A stretch of 42,087 bases of DNA from a virus (lineage: Duplodnaviria > Caudoviricetes), in the IMG/VR virus record IMGVR_UViG_3300032266_000400, positions 1 to 42,087 of that record; one strand, written 5' to 3'. Positions 25,259 through 42,087 of this stretch are shown here, one piece after another; position 1 is the first letter of the stretch; each line of letters starts with the position of its first letter. Below the pieces are notes generated by a model. That model saw only the letters and a program-made list of their open reading frames with translations. It did no database searches and was not told where the DNA came from. The translations under genes and the position numbers were made by a program.

Positions 25259-27574
25259 TTAAAGTTTACAAGATTCACAATCTTCTTCATTATCAAAATC
25301 GATTGGTTCCAACATTGTTGGGGCTATTTCATCGGGTGCTTTACTACCTTGTTTGTTAATCAAGCTATAATAGAAAGTCTTGAGACCCCACATATGTGCT
25401 TGCATCAAGTTCTTTGCTATCAATGTAGTCGGGACTTTACGACCCTCAAAATGTGCAGGATTATAGAATGTGTTAGTACTTATGCTCTGGTCAATATATG
25501 CTGCTAGTACTGCTGCGGTTTTCAAGTAACCATCACAGTCTTTTTGTTCCCACATCAATTGATACTTGTTCTTTAGTTTTTGATATTCTGGAACGACTTG
25601 TGTGAAGCTACCTGCTTTGCTTTCTTTGACACTAATCAGGCTCATAGGCATCTCAATGCCATTCGTGCTGTTGATGACTACACTACTTGATTCTACAGGA
25701 GCGATTGCCATTTGTGTAGCATTGCGGACGCCGTGTTCTTTCATATTAGCACGTAGTGTTTCCCAATCTAGTTCTGGGGCAAAGTCTGTCAATTGATTGA
25801 CACCATTGGCACGTAGTTCCCAAGGGAAGATACCTTGACCATAACGTGTCTTGTCACTACCTTCGCACTTGCCTCGTTCTTTAGCAAGTTCTACACTAGC
25901 TTCTGTTAGATAGTATGCTAGATGTTCTGCCCATGTTTTGACTTCTGCCAGTGCATCACGCTCACCGTACTTTAGACTGCGTTTAGCATGCCAGTATGCT
26001 AAGTTGGTTACGCCAATGCCTAATGGACGAATCTCATCATTGCTTAGTTTAGATTGTATACTCAGGAAGTCTTGGTAATCCAATATATTGTTAAGACTGC
26101 GATGTAGAATGCGGCAAGCCCTACGCATGTCTTCCGGATTTCTGAAGGCTCCCCAGTTGATTGAGCCCAAAGTACAAAGGGCAATGCGACCATCAGGATC
26201 GTCAAGACGCTTAAAGGATCTAGTGGGTAATAGTATTTCACAGCATAAGTTACTCTGGTAAATTGTGTGATACTCAGGATCGAATGGACCTTGATTCATC
26301 ACATTGTCAATGAATACTAGATATATGCGACCAGTATCTGTGCGTTCTTTTAGTATTCCACTTTTGAATACCTCTTCGGCATTCATTGTCTTTTTTCTTA
26401 AATCTTTTCGTTTTTCGTATTTGATGTAGAGTTCTTCGAACAACTGTGTGTTAGTGTAGAAGGCTTCATATAGATCGGGAACTTCGTTTGGGTCAAAGAA
26501 GGTGATGTTTTCTTTGTTTTTGAACCTGCGCCAGAACAATGCTGACAGGACGACCCCGTAGTCCATGTGCCGCACACGGGTTTCCTCAGTTCCTTGATTG
26601 TTTTTAAGAACGATAAGATCGTCAAACTGATGGTGCCAAATAGGATAAAATACTGTAGCACTTGCATTGCGAATACCTCCTTGACTGCAACTTCTTAGAT
26701 CACCAAACCATTTCTTAAGAAACGGTATCATGCCGGTGTGCATGATCTCTCCACCGCGGATAGGACTACCTAAAGGGCGTAGTCTTCCAATTTCTAATCC
26801 AATGCCAGCACGTTTGCTAGCATACTTGGCCATCATCTCTCCCGAAGCAAAGATACTGTCCAAATCATCGTCACTACGGATAAGCACACAACTACTGAAT
26901 TGCTTGGTTGGAGTTCCCAAGCCAGCCAGCACAGGGGTAGCCAATGTAAAAAGACCATCACTAGCAGCATTGTAGTATTCTTTGATGTATCTGAGTCTTG
27001 CTGTATTTGGTTCTTCACTGTGGAAGACGGTAGCTGCTGCAACCATGTAACGAATTTGCGGAGTTTCATATATTTCCTTTGTTGAACGATTCTTTACTAG
27101 ATACTTTTCAATCAGTTGCTCGACGGCAGCATAACTATATGTTTCATCTTTAGAATGATCTATTAGGTCATTCATCTTGTTCCAATCTTCTTCAGTATAC
27201 CATTCTAGTAATTCACTTGTATACAAGCCAGTAGCTACATTCTTTTTCACAATATCATATAGGTGCGGAACCTCATATTGACCATATACATCCTTACGCA
27301 GCATACTCATACGCTGCTTCCCTGCTACATATTGATAATTGGTATGACCAACATCACTATTGCTTTCTACATCAATCAAATCAACGATTGCACGTAGTGT
27401 TATACTATCTATTTGGCTCGTAGTGATTCCATCATAAAAATGTAATTGACTTTTGATCTCAACCATACTTGGGCTTACATCTGCTATTCCATTACATACT
27501 TTTGCTACCTGTGCTTGCCATTTCTCTAACATTAGTGGTTCTTTTTTACCACTTCTTTTTATAACATTAATCAT
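25259..27574 (-). CDS. nrdA: ribonucleotide reductase class Ia alpha subunit
   Basis: N-terminal ATP cone (VIKRSG), QFSSC, SQGGIR, SNLCCEI, APVESSS, KTFYY, C-terminal CESC. Confidence 0.98.
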   Translation of the reverse strand: MINVIKRSGKKEPLMLEKWQAQVAKVCNGIADVSPSMVEIKSQLHFYDGITTSQIDSITLRAIVDLIDVESNSDVGHTNYQYVAGKQRMSMLRKDVYGQYEVPHLYDIVKKNVATGLYTSELLEWYTEEDWNKMNDLIDHSKDETYSYAAVEQLIEKYLVKNRSTKEIYETPQIRYMVAAATVFHSEEPNTARLRYIKEYYNAASDGLFTLATPVLAGLGTPTKQFSSCVLIRSDDDLDSIFASGEMMAKYASKRAGIGLEIGRLRPLGSPIRGGEIMHTGMIPFLKKWFGDLRSCSQGGIRNASATVFYPIWHHQFDDLIVLKNNQGTEETRVRHMDYGVVLSALFWRRFKNKENITFFDPNEVPDLYEAFYTNTQLFEELYIKYEKRKDLRKKTMNAEEVFKSGILKERTDTGRIYLVFIDNVMNQGPFDPEYHTIYQSNLCCEILLPTRSFKRLDDPDGRIALCTLGSINWGAFRNPEDMRRACRILHRSLNNILDYQDFLSIQSKLSNDEIRPLGIGVTNLAYWHAKRSLKYGERDALAEVKTWAEHLAYYLTEASVELAKERGKCEGSDKTRYGQGIFPWELRANGVNQLTDFAPELDWETLRANMKEHGVRNATQMAIAPVESSSVVINSTNGIEMPMSLISVKESKAGSFTQVVPEYQKLKNKYQLMWEQKDCDGYLKTAAVLAAYIDQSISTNTFYNPAHFEGRKVPTTLIAKNLMQAHMWGLKTFYYSLINKQGSKAPDEIAPTMLEPIDFDNEEDCESCKL

Positions 27575-27581
27575 TAATCAC

Positions 27582-28019
27582 CTATATTTTTTTATTTATT
27601 TTATCCATATTCACTGGATTACCCAACTTAAAATCTTTCAGACAATTACTTATGACCGTATTGGGGTAGTAATTCAGTATATATTTTGCGTTATCGACCA
27701 TGACTAAGGCACATTCTTCATTATTATCGTCTATTGCGATAGAGAAGTCAACATCTTTTATACCCACTAGTTGTAGTGTGTAGACCATTCCCAGTCCTCT
27801 GGCAATTTGACAGTAGTTATTTTCTAATAACAAATCCCAAGGTCCGGGCCATGTTTCTATTTCATCTAAGTGAAGATGATGATTTACCAGAGGTGCATAT
27901 TGCCACCATTTGTCTATTGCTAGACAAATAGTTTTAATATCACTGTTTTCTAGGGATTTTCTTAAGTCGTACCAACTCTTAAGTCTTGTTTCGTAGTTTA
28001 ATTGAAATACGTTAGTCAC
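27582..28019 (-). CDS. hypothetical phage protein
   Basis: 145-aa ORF ending 7 nt before nrdA. Confidence 0.7.
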   Translation of the reverse strand: MTNVFQLNYETRLKSWYDLRKSLENSDIKTICLAIDKWWQYAPLVNHHLHLDEIETWPGPWDLLLENNYCQIARGLGMVYTLQLVGIKDVDFSIAIDDNNEECALVMVDNAKYILNYYPNTVISNCLKDFKLGNPVNMDKINKKI

Positions 28020-28037
28020 ATTCTACTTATCATTAAT

Positions 28038-28388
28038 TTAGACTGTGATTTCTTTCCATGATAATGTTTCTTCATCCCAGCTATACATCTTACCATCGTT
28101 AGGCATTAATGCAGGTGGTTGCCATAAACATGTATCATCATCTAATATCCAGCTTGGGTAAGGTTGGGGTGCATAGAATGCATCACGCTCACTATCATAC
28201 GTGTAACCAAGACCTGCGTAATTTTTACGCATTGGTGTTCCACCTAAACGATGTTGTCCACCAAATGTGTTATAACTTGTTTGCACCCATAGTGCTGGGT
28301 CTCCCCACAAACCAGTATTTAATACATCTTGTTCTATAACAATCACTGAAGTGACTATACCGTTTTCTACTTTTGCAAAATGACTCAT
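28038..28388 (-). CDS. hypothetical tail-fibre-associated phage protein
   Basis: AGGAG SD; MSHFA, WVQTSYN, RKNYAG.GY.YD...DAF, PYPSW, Y.WDE. Confidence 0.7.
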   Translation of the reverse strand: MSHFAKVENGIVTSVIVIEQDVLNTGLWGDPALWVQTSYNTFGGQHRLGGTPMRKNYAGLGYTYDSERDAFYAPQPYPSWILDDDTCLWQPPALMPNDGKMYSWDEETLSWKEITV

Positions 28389-28433
28389 TTATGTCTCCTT
28401 TATAATATCTATTTATTAATTAAACCGTGCTAA

Positions 28434-29966
28434 TTAAAAAGTTATAGAACCAGAACTAGTCCAAGTGTATATCCTATATCCACCTGAAGTTGTGATAGTT
28501 GGGCTACCTGTAGTACTTAATGCTGCTGCATAACTATCAGGATAGCGAACGATGACGATACCAGAACCGCCATTGCCACCACCTGTCTGACTGGTTCCTG
28601 TACTACTTGTGATATATGCGCCAGCACCACCTCCACCTGTATTAGCAGCACCGCTATATGCCGGGACACCACTGTTTACACCACTACCACCACCGCCCAG
28701 TCCACCTGTACCTGCAGGCAACCCTCCAGTTCCTAAACTGGCTGCCCCGCCGCCTGCATAATATGTTGCAGTCCCTGTAATTGATGACTGTAGTCCAACG
28801 CCACCATCTTTGTTAGAACCTGCTGCACCTGCGCCACCACCCCCGCCACCTGCGTAACTGGCGTAATAGCTTGATCCATTATTGCCTTGGCCCACGATGC
28901 CTGTGCCCGGACTAGTGCTATAAGACGCTCCGCCACCGGATCCACCATTGATACCACCTGCTCCCCCTAACGGATTTATAAGAAAGGTTGCGCCTGCGCC
29001 GCCGCCTGTTGCTATCACAGTAGTAAATGGACTATTACTAGAAAATGCAACACTTCCGTTATTAGTTATAGATAACGCATAAGTGCTATTATCTACGATA
29101 GTAGTATTTTGTAATGTCAATAGACTAGTCTGTGTACCGGTAATATCACTGATATTAGTACCGGCACTTTGTGTGGCTGTTAGAGGACTTGTTGGTACCG
29201 TGAAATTACCTGTATAGACGGCTACACCTTTTACAGCACGTAGGTTAGACAAGTATCCAGTGTAATAATTTGCTGAAGAACCACTTACAGTACTAGATGA
29301 TCCAATTTGAAGATTGGTATTAGTAAAATTATTATAATTAGTTGCAGTACCTACACTAGTTCCATTCACATAGACTGTAAAAGTATTTCCAACTCGAACC
29401 AAAGCTATATGCGTCCATGTGTTTATTGGAACAGTACCGGCATTGATAGCAAGAACCCCGCCTGTATAGAATAATAACGTATTTGAAGCATACAGTCCAA
29501 AATAAAACCCAGTAGTACTTGCGTCGGATTGTCTTGTATCGTAAACAGCTTGTGTTCCGCTTGACACTGTGGTGTACACCCATGCTTCAACTGTGAAATC
29601 TTCAGTGCCAAACCCTAACGCTGCATTATTAGCAGTTAGATATTGACTACTGCCATTGAAACTATAACTATAACTGTTATTGTTTATTAGTGCTGAATTT
29701 TCTCCGGGTGACCAAGTTCCTGCTGAATAAGTGCCCGCAGGAGCTCCAATACCGCCTCCGCCTACTGTTACTGTGATAGGTATACCTGATGGTACCGCAA
29801 ATCCACTAGCAGTTAACAAGCCACCAGCACCGCCACCACCGCCAGCCCAGCCACCACCACCGCCACCACCTGCGACTACTAGATATTCTAGTGTAGATGG
29901 TGGTGAAGTTGGCTCAAATATCAATGATAACCCTGATCCAATAGTTACTCCTGAAGTTATTAACAT
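28434..29966 (-). CDS. glycine-rich virion protein with inserted LamG/concanavalin A-like domain
   Basis: EYLVVAGGGGGG; FTVEAWVY, WTHIALVR, GYLSNLR; GGSGIVIVRY; SGSITF end. Confidence 0.75.
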   Translation of the reverse strand: MLITSGVTIGSGLSLIFEPTSPPSTLEYLVVAGGGGGGGWAGGGGGAGGLLTASGFAVPSGIPITVTVGGGGIGAPAGTYSAGTWSPGENSALINNNSYSYSFNGSSQYLTANNAALGFGTEDFTVEAWVYTTVSSGTQAVYDTRQSDASTTGFYFGLYASNTLLFYTGGVLAINAGTVPINTWTHIALVRVGNTFTVYVNGTSVGTATNYNNFTNTNLQIGSSSTVSGSSANYYTGYLSNLRAVKGVAVYTGNFTVPTSPLTATQSAGTNISDITGTQTSLLTLQNTTIVDNSTYALSITNNGSVAFSSNSPFTTVIATGGGAGATFLINPLGGAGGINGGSGGGASYSTSPGTGIVGQGNNGSSYYASYAGGGGGGAGAAGSNKDGGVGLQSSITGTATYYAGGGAASLGTGGLPAGTGGLGGGGSGVNSGVPAYSGAANTGGGGAGAYITSSTGTSQTGGGNGGSGIVIVRYPDSYAAALSTTGSPTITTSGGYRIYTWTSSGSITF

Positions 29967-29976
29967 TTATATATCC

Positions 29977-30960
29977 TTAAAAAGTTATTGTTCCGCTACC
30001 GGTAAATGTGAATATTCTATACCCAGCTTCCACATTACTTGATACAGTACCAGTAACAATAGTGTTTGTATAATAAGCCGAATCTGGGACTCGTATGATT
30101 ACAATCCCTGATCCACCTGTGCCGCCGATCATGTTATTTGCACCAAATCCTAATCCACCGCCACCACCCCCTGTGTTGGGTAGACTTGCTATTACATTAG
30201 CATTATATCTTGCGTTACCGCCCCCACCAAGACCACCGGTTCCTTGTGTAGTTGTGGATCCTGTACCGCCGCCACCGCCGCCTGCAAAATATACAGAACC
30301 CCCACTTACTTGTCCTACACTTAAACTAGTAGCTAATGTAGTACTAATAAATGTAGTGATTGCCCCAATACCACCATTTCCTCCCCTTGCTGAGGTTCCG
30401 TTTGCCCCTATACCCCCGGCACCCCCGCCTCCGCCGGCAGCACCATTCGTATCATTTGCGTAATTTCTTCCACCAGCATAACCTTGAGGTGGAGTTGCTG
30501 CCGGTACATTACCATCACCACCAAAATGATTTTGACCACCGCCACCTGAACCTGATCCTCCACCTGAACCTCCGACGTTACCGTCGGTAATTCCATTTGA
30601 CGGAGTATAATATCCGCCACTTCCACCTCCACGTGCATTAACTAAAGTTGTTATAGATGATGTGTTTCCGTTGGTAGCTTCTGTTACTGTACCGCTAATA
30701 CCGCTACCATTGGTTACTAGTCCACCGGCGCCCCCTGCGCCTACAGTAATAGTATAAAGTGTAGCAGGGGTGATTGAAATATTTGTTCTTTCAATGAATC
30801 CTCCAGCACCACCGCCACCGCCTCCCGAGTCAGTATCCCAAGTAGTACCCACTCCGCCGCCACCGCCGCCACCTACTGCTAAGTAATCAATACTTGAAAT
30901 AACATTCGGGAATGAGAAATTAGCACCCCCGTCTGCAACAGATAAATTACCTATAATCAT
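29977..30960 (-). CDS. glycine-rich virion protein (paralog)
   Basis: DYLAVGGGGGGG...GGSGIVIIR...GSGTITF. Confidence 0.75.
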   Translation of the reverse strand: MIIGNLSVADGGANFSFPNVISSIDYLAVGGGGGGGVGTTWDTDSGGGGGGAGGFIERTNISITPATLYTITVGAGGAGGLVTNGSGISGTVTEATNGNTSSITTLVNARGGGSGGYYTPSNGITDGNVGGSGGGSGSGGGGQNHFGGDGNVPAATPPQGYAGGRNYANDTNGAAGGGGGAGGIGANGTSARGGNGGIGAITTFISTTLATSLSVGQVSGGSVYFAGGGGGGTGSTTTQGTGGLGGGGNARYNANVIASLPNTGGGGGGLGFGANNMIGGTGGSGIVIIRVPDSAYYTNTIVTGTVSSNVEAGYRIFTFTGSGTITF

Positions 30961-30967
30961 ATTTACT

Positions 30968-31879
30968 TTAGAAAGTTATTGATCCAGAACTGTTCCAAAC
31001 ATATATCCTATACCCACCGCTAGTGATAGGATATCCTGCTGCTACCCCTATCGTAGATGTAGCTGCTGCAAAACTATCTGGATAACGAACAATAACAACA
31101 CCAGAACCGCCTGCTTGTCCTGAAGTTGATCCGTTACCACCGCCTCCACCACCACCACCAGTATTAGCACTGCCCGCTGTTCCATTGGTATCTTGATTAG
31201 CACCGTTACCGCCGCCACCTGTTGCAGGAGTTGTTCCGCCACCATACCCGCCGCGTGTGGTACCAACATAATGTCCGCCACCACCGCCGCCACCTGCATA
31301 TGAAACATTTGCACCAGAGATAGTACTATATATAGCTATACCACCATCACCAGCAGGACCAGATCCAGCAGTAGATGAATTTCCACCGATTCCACCCCCG
31401 CCACCACCCCCGCCACCTTGTTGATGTGCTCCACTGACTTGCGTTCCATAACCACCGGCATATCCTTGAATAGGTGGACCTGATACTCCGGTACCGCCTG
31501 CGCTTCCTAACACACCACTGTTTGGGCCAGAACCACCACCGCCCCCAGAACCACCGTTGCCACCTACGTTTGTGCCTATGCCACCAACTGCGCCGCGCCC
31601 GCCCGCTGTTGCAGTAACAGAGCTAAACACACTAGCGTTGCCGTAGTTGCCGTATGTGCCATAACTAGCAGTTGCTCCTCCACCGCCTACTGTGACGGTA
31701 TATGGGGTTCCTAATGAAATAGAAAGGTTATCAGTTAATAGTCCACCAGCACCTCCGCCACCGCCACCTGGACCCCCACCGCCGGAACCTCCACCAGCAA
31801 TTACTAGATATTCAACAGAACTTAACCCGGGTGGAGTTATAGTAAATCCACCAGTGAGTGCCATGCCGGATAAAATCAT
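30968..31879 (-). CDS. glycine-rich virion protein (paralog)
   Basis: EYLVIAGGG...GGSGVVIVRY...SSGSITF. Confidence 0.75.
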   Translation of the reverse strand: MILSGMALTGGFTITPPGLSSVEYLVIAGGGSGGGGPGGGGGGAGGLLTDNLSISLGTPYTVTVGGGGATASYGTYGNYGNASVFSSVTATAGGRGAVGGIGTNVGGNGGSGGGGGSGPNSGVLGSAGGTGVSGPPIQGYAGGYGTQVSGAHQQGGGGGGGGGIGGNSSTAGSGPAGDGGIAIYSTISGANVSYAGGGGGGGHYVGTTRGGYGGGTTPATGGGGNGANQDTNGTAGSANTGGGGGGGGNGSTSGQAGGSGVVIVRYPDSFAAATSTIGVAAGYPITSGGYRIYVWNSSGSITF

Positions 31880-31881
31880 TT

Positions 31882-32205
31882 TTAATTAGTCCAAGGTAAA
31901 GGTAACATTACGATAGGGGGATTTATCTGTAATTCTATTTGATTATCGATTTCTGATTGTACACTAGATTGATCTACTCCAGAACTATATACCCAAGTTA
32001 ATACTTCTTCTTCTGTTAAATCACTATAAGGTGTAAAATCTGGTCCACCGCCAAATGTGATTCTAGTTAGTCCTGGGATAGTTGCTGAATAAGTACCATC
32101 AGTTCCAATACAAGACCAAGCTACTTCTACAACTACGTCCGTGTAACCGTCTAGTTGTACTTGAGAAGCCATATTTTGAACTGTCCATGTATATGATATT
32201 GACAT
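31882..32205 (-). CDS. small acidic tail-fibre-associated protein
   Basis: AAGGA SD; YTW.V, V.W, FTPYSDLTEEEVL.WV, PLPW. Confidence 0.7.
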   Translation of the reverse strand: MSISYTWTVQNMASQVQLDGYTDVVVEVAWSCIGTDGTYSATIPGLTRITFGGGPDFTPYSDLTEEEVLTWVYSSGVDQSSVQSEIDNQIELQINPPIVMLPLPWTN

Positions 32206-32228
32206 ATTGTTTCCTTTTATAAAAATAT

Positions 32229-40220
<7,992 letters not shown>

Positions 40221-40223
40221 TTA

Positions 40224-42087
40224 TCAACTTAAGATTATCGGTATTGAAATATTGCCACTTCTACCTACTACGGTTATAGAGCCAGTCTTAAATGATAGTG
40301 TTCCAGAACCATCTGTGCTTAATACTTGATTTGCAGTTCCTCCGGTTATATGCAGGTTAGCAACATTACCTAATGACACATTAGTTGCTAATGAGAAATT
40401 AGCAGTATTTGATATGTCTATAGTATTTGCTGATATATTACCAGTAACGGTTAATATGTTAGTGTTTTTGTCAAAAGTTAAGTTAGCACTTGCGCCTGCT
40501 GCGTTATCATCGTTGAAGATAACTTGAGTATTAGATCCTGCTACTGGTCCAGTAGCACCTGTACTACCATCATATCCAGTAGCACCTGTACTACCATCAT
40601 ATCCAGTAGCACCTGTACTACCATCATATCCAGTTGCTCCGGTAGCACCATCATATCCAGTAGCACCTGTACTACCATCATATCCAGTAGCACCGGTAGC
40701 CCCATCATATCCAGTAGCACCTGTACTACCATCATATCCAGTAGCACCGGTAGCCCCATCATATCCAGTAGCACCGGTAGCCCCCATTGCGCCGGCGCCA
40801 ATATCAGTCCAACTTAAATTATTTGCTCCATCCGTACTTAATACATATCCACTACTACCACCACTGATATGTAAGTTACTTACATTACCTAATGTAACAG
40901 CTACTGTATTTGCAAAATTTACATTACCTGAATCAGTGTTGTTTACAACTAACCCGCTGTCAGTTATCCATGCATTACCGTTATAAAGAAATCCTGATCT
41001 CTTGGTCATTGTAGGACCACCAAACGGTGACGGTACAAATTCTGCTACAGTATTATAAGTCTCTAATACCGTAGCATATGATGAGTTATCTACTATAGGA
41101 TTACTTTGTAATGTTAATATTTGTGTTTCTGTTCCAGTAATAGCTGCTGATGGATTACCATTTGTATTAGCAGTTTGAGTACTTGTAAATGATGTAGTTG
41201 GTAGTGTAAAATTAGTTGTATATACTGCTATACCTTTAACAAGACGAACATTAGTTATTGTTCCGTAAAAAGTGCCACCCCAACCATACTCAGCGCCATT
41301 TCCTGGACTAGCAATATACAATGGAACATCCCCGGCCGGTAAACCAGACGATAATGATAGAGTCCCTTGTAGTATACCATTAACAAATAAATATGCTACT
41401 CCGCTAGCTTTTGTAAGAGCAACATGATACCATTGATTTAGATTTATTGTATTTGTTGAATACATATATCCTGAAGGTCCCATACCATCTAGATAAACTT
41501 CTAATAGACCTGTTGTAGAATTTATTCCTATATACCAAGCTGGGTTAGAATGATAGGGAGAACCTCCGCCAAATAATATAGCACCAACCCCGTTGAAATT
41601 AGTTGCAAGTGCAGGGTTATTATTAAAACAATTAAACCAACATTCAATTGTAAAATCTGGATCACCTGTGCCCAAATCATAAGTAGTAGGTTGTGTACCT
41701 ATCCAATATGGATTATTAAATTCAGTCTGATAGAATCCTCCGGCCCATACTCCACCAGTTAAAGTATTTCCCCCTGCTAATAGACCTGCTGTTGGTCCTG
41801 GCAAATTGATAAGACCATATGCTGTTAGTACTCCTACATTAGCACTAGTAACTGTTAATGTGTTTGTAGTTTTGTCAAAAGTTAAGTTAGCACTAGCACC
41901 TGCACTGCCTGCATCATTGAAGATAACTTGAGTATTAGACCCTGCTACCGGTCCAGTTGCACCTGTTGCCCCGTCTATACCTGATGCACCAGTAGCGCCT
42001 GTTTCTCCCGTTGCTCCAGTACTACCAAATTCACCTGTAGCACCAGTTGCACCATCTAAACCAGTTGCCCCGTCTATACCTGATGCA
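40224..42087 (-). CDS. second collagen-like/LamG fibre protein, 5' end beyond the window
   Basis: Frame stays open upstream of the track's TTG 41804 to the window edge, with more GAT repeats; FTIECWF/WYHVALT LamG motifs. Confidence 0.85.
   Translation of the reverse strand, partial: ASGIDGATGLDGATGATGEFGSTGATGETGATGASGIDGATGATGPVAGSNTQVIFNDAGSAGASANLTFDKTTNTLTVTSANVGVLTAYGLINLPGPTAGLLAGGNTLTGGVWAGGFYQTEFNNPYWIGTQPTTYDLGTGDPDFTIECWFNCFNNNPALATNFNGVGAILFGGGSPYHSNPAWYIGINSTTGLLEVYLDGMGPSGYMYSTNTINLNQWYHVALTKASGVAYLFVNGILQGTLSLSSGLPAGDVPLYIASPGNGAEYGWGGTFYGTITNVRLVKGIAVYTTNFTLPTTSFTSTQTANTNGNPSAAITGTETQILTLQSNPIVDNSSYATVLETYNTVAEFVPSPFGGPTMTKRSGFLYNGNAWITDSGLVVNNTDSGNVNFANTVAVTLGNVSNLHISGGSSGYVLSTDGANNLSWTDIGAGAMGATGATGYDGATGATGYDGSTGATGYDGATGATGYDGSTGATGYDGATGATGYDGSTGATGYDGSTGATGYDGSTGATGPVAGSNTQVIFNDDNAAGASANLTFDKNTNILTVTGNISANTIDISNTANFSLATNVSLGNVANLHITGGTANQVLSTDGSGTLSFKTGSITVVGRSGNISIPIILS
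40549..40782 (-). repeat. 27-nt coding tandem repeat, 8 x GYDG(S/A)TGAT
   Basis: ccagtagcacctgtactaccatcatat units repeated head to tail. Confidence 0.9.

Noticed and set aside
23236-27574. Intron, intein or homing endonuclease in or between nrdA and nrdB
   Set aside because: Both genes are of normal length and continuous; the intervening gene has no HNH, GIY-YIG or LAGLIDADG motif.
40549-40782. CRISPR-like array of 27-nt repeats
   Set aside because: No unique spacers; the repeats are in-frame collagen codons; no cas genes in the window.

Overview
Fragment of a large T4-like/jumbo tailed bacteriophage genome, standard genetic code, probably with a proteobacterial host (inferred from IscU and class Ia NrdAB). 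From left to right: (1) A minus-strand RNA array (209-1804) with 12 tRNAs (two with aberrant anticodon loops) and six non-canonical tRNA-like/ncRNA elements, three of which share a covarying stem+GUWCYGCAA module. (2) Upstream of it, a sigma70 promoter, an unannotated 44-codon leader ORF using all 20 amino acids (35 different codons), and mutually exclusive antiterminator/terminator hairpins; this looks like a pan-amino-acid translational attenuator controlling tRNA supply and is the top finding. (3) A ~15 kb cluster of two convergent operons of tailoring enzymes: 6 radical SAM, 4 2OG-Fe(II) oxygenases, 2 PLP enzymes, 2 methyltransferase-like proteins, a GNAT, a kinase-like protein and a tandem glycosyltransferase. 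(4) Rubredoxin (missed by the ORF track), rubrerythrin and IscU. (5) SleB-like hydrolase, PAAR, Sm-like protein, glutaredoxin, nrdB and nrdA, with a GH7-cellulase-like lipoprotein inserted between nrdA and nrdB. (6) Glycine-rich/LamG proteins and giant collagen-like (G-A-T)n fibre genes. All calls come from manual motif reading; no database searches were run.
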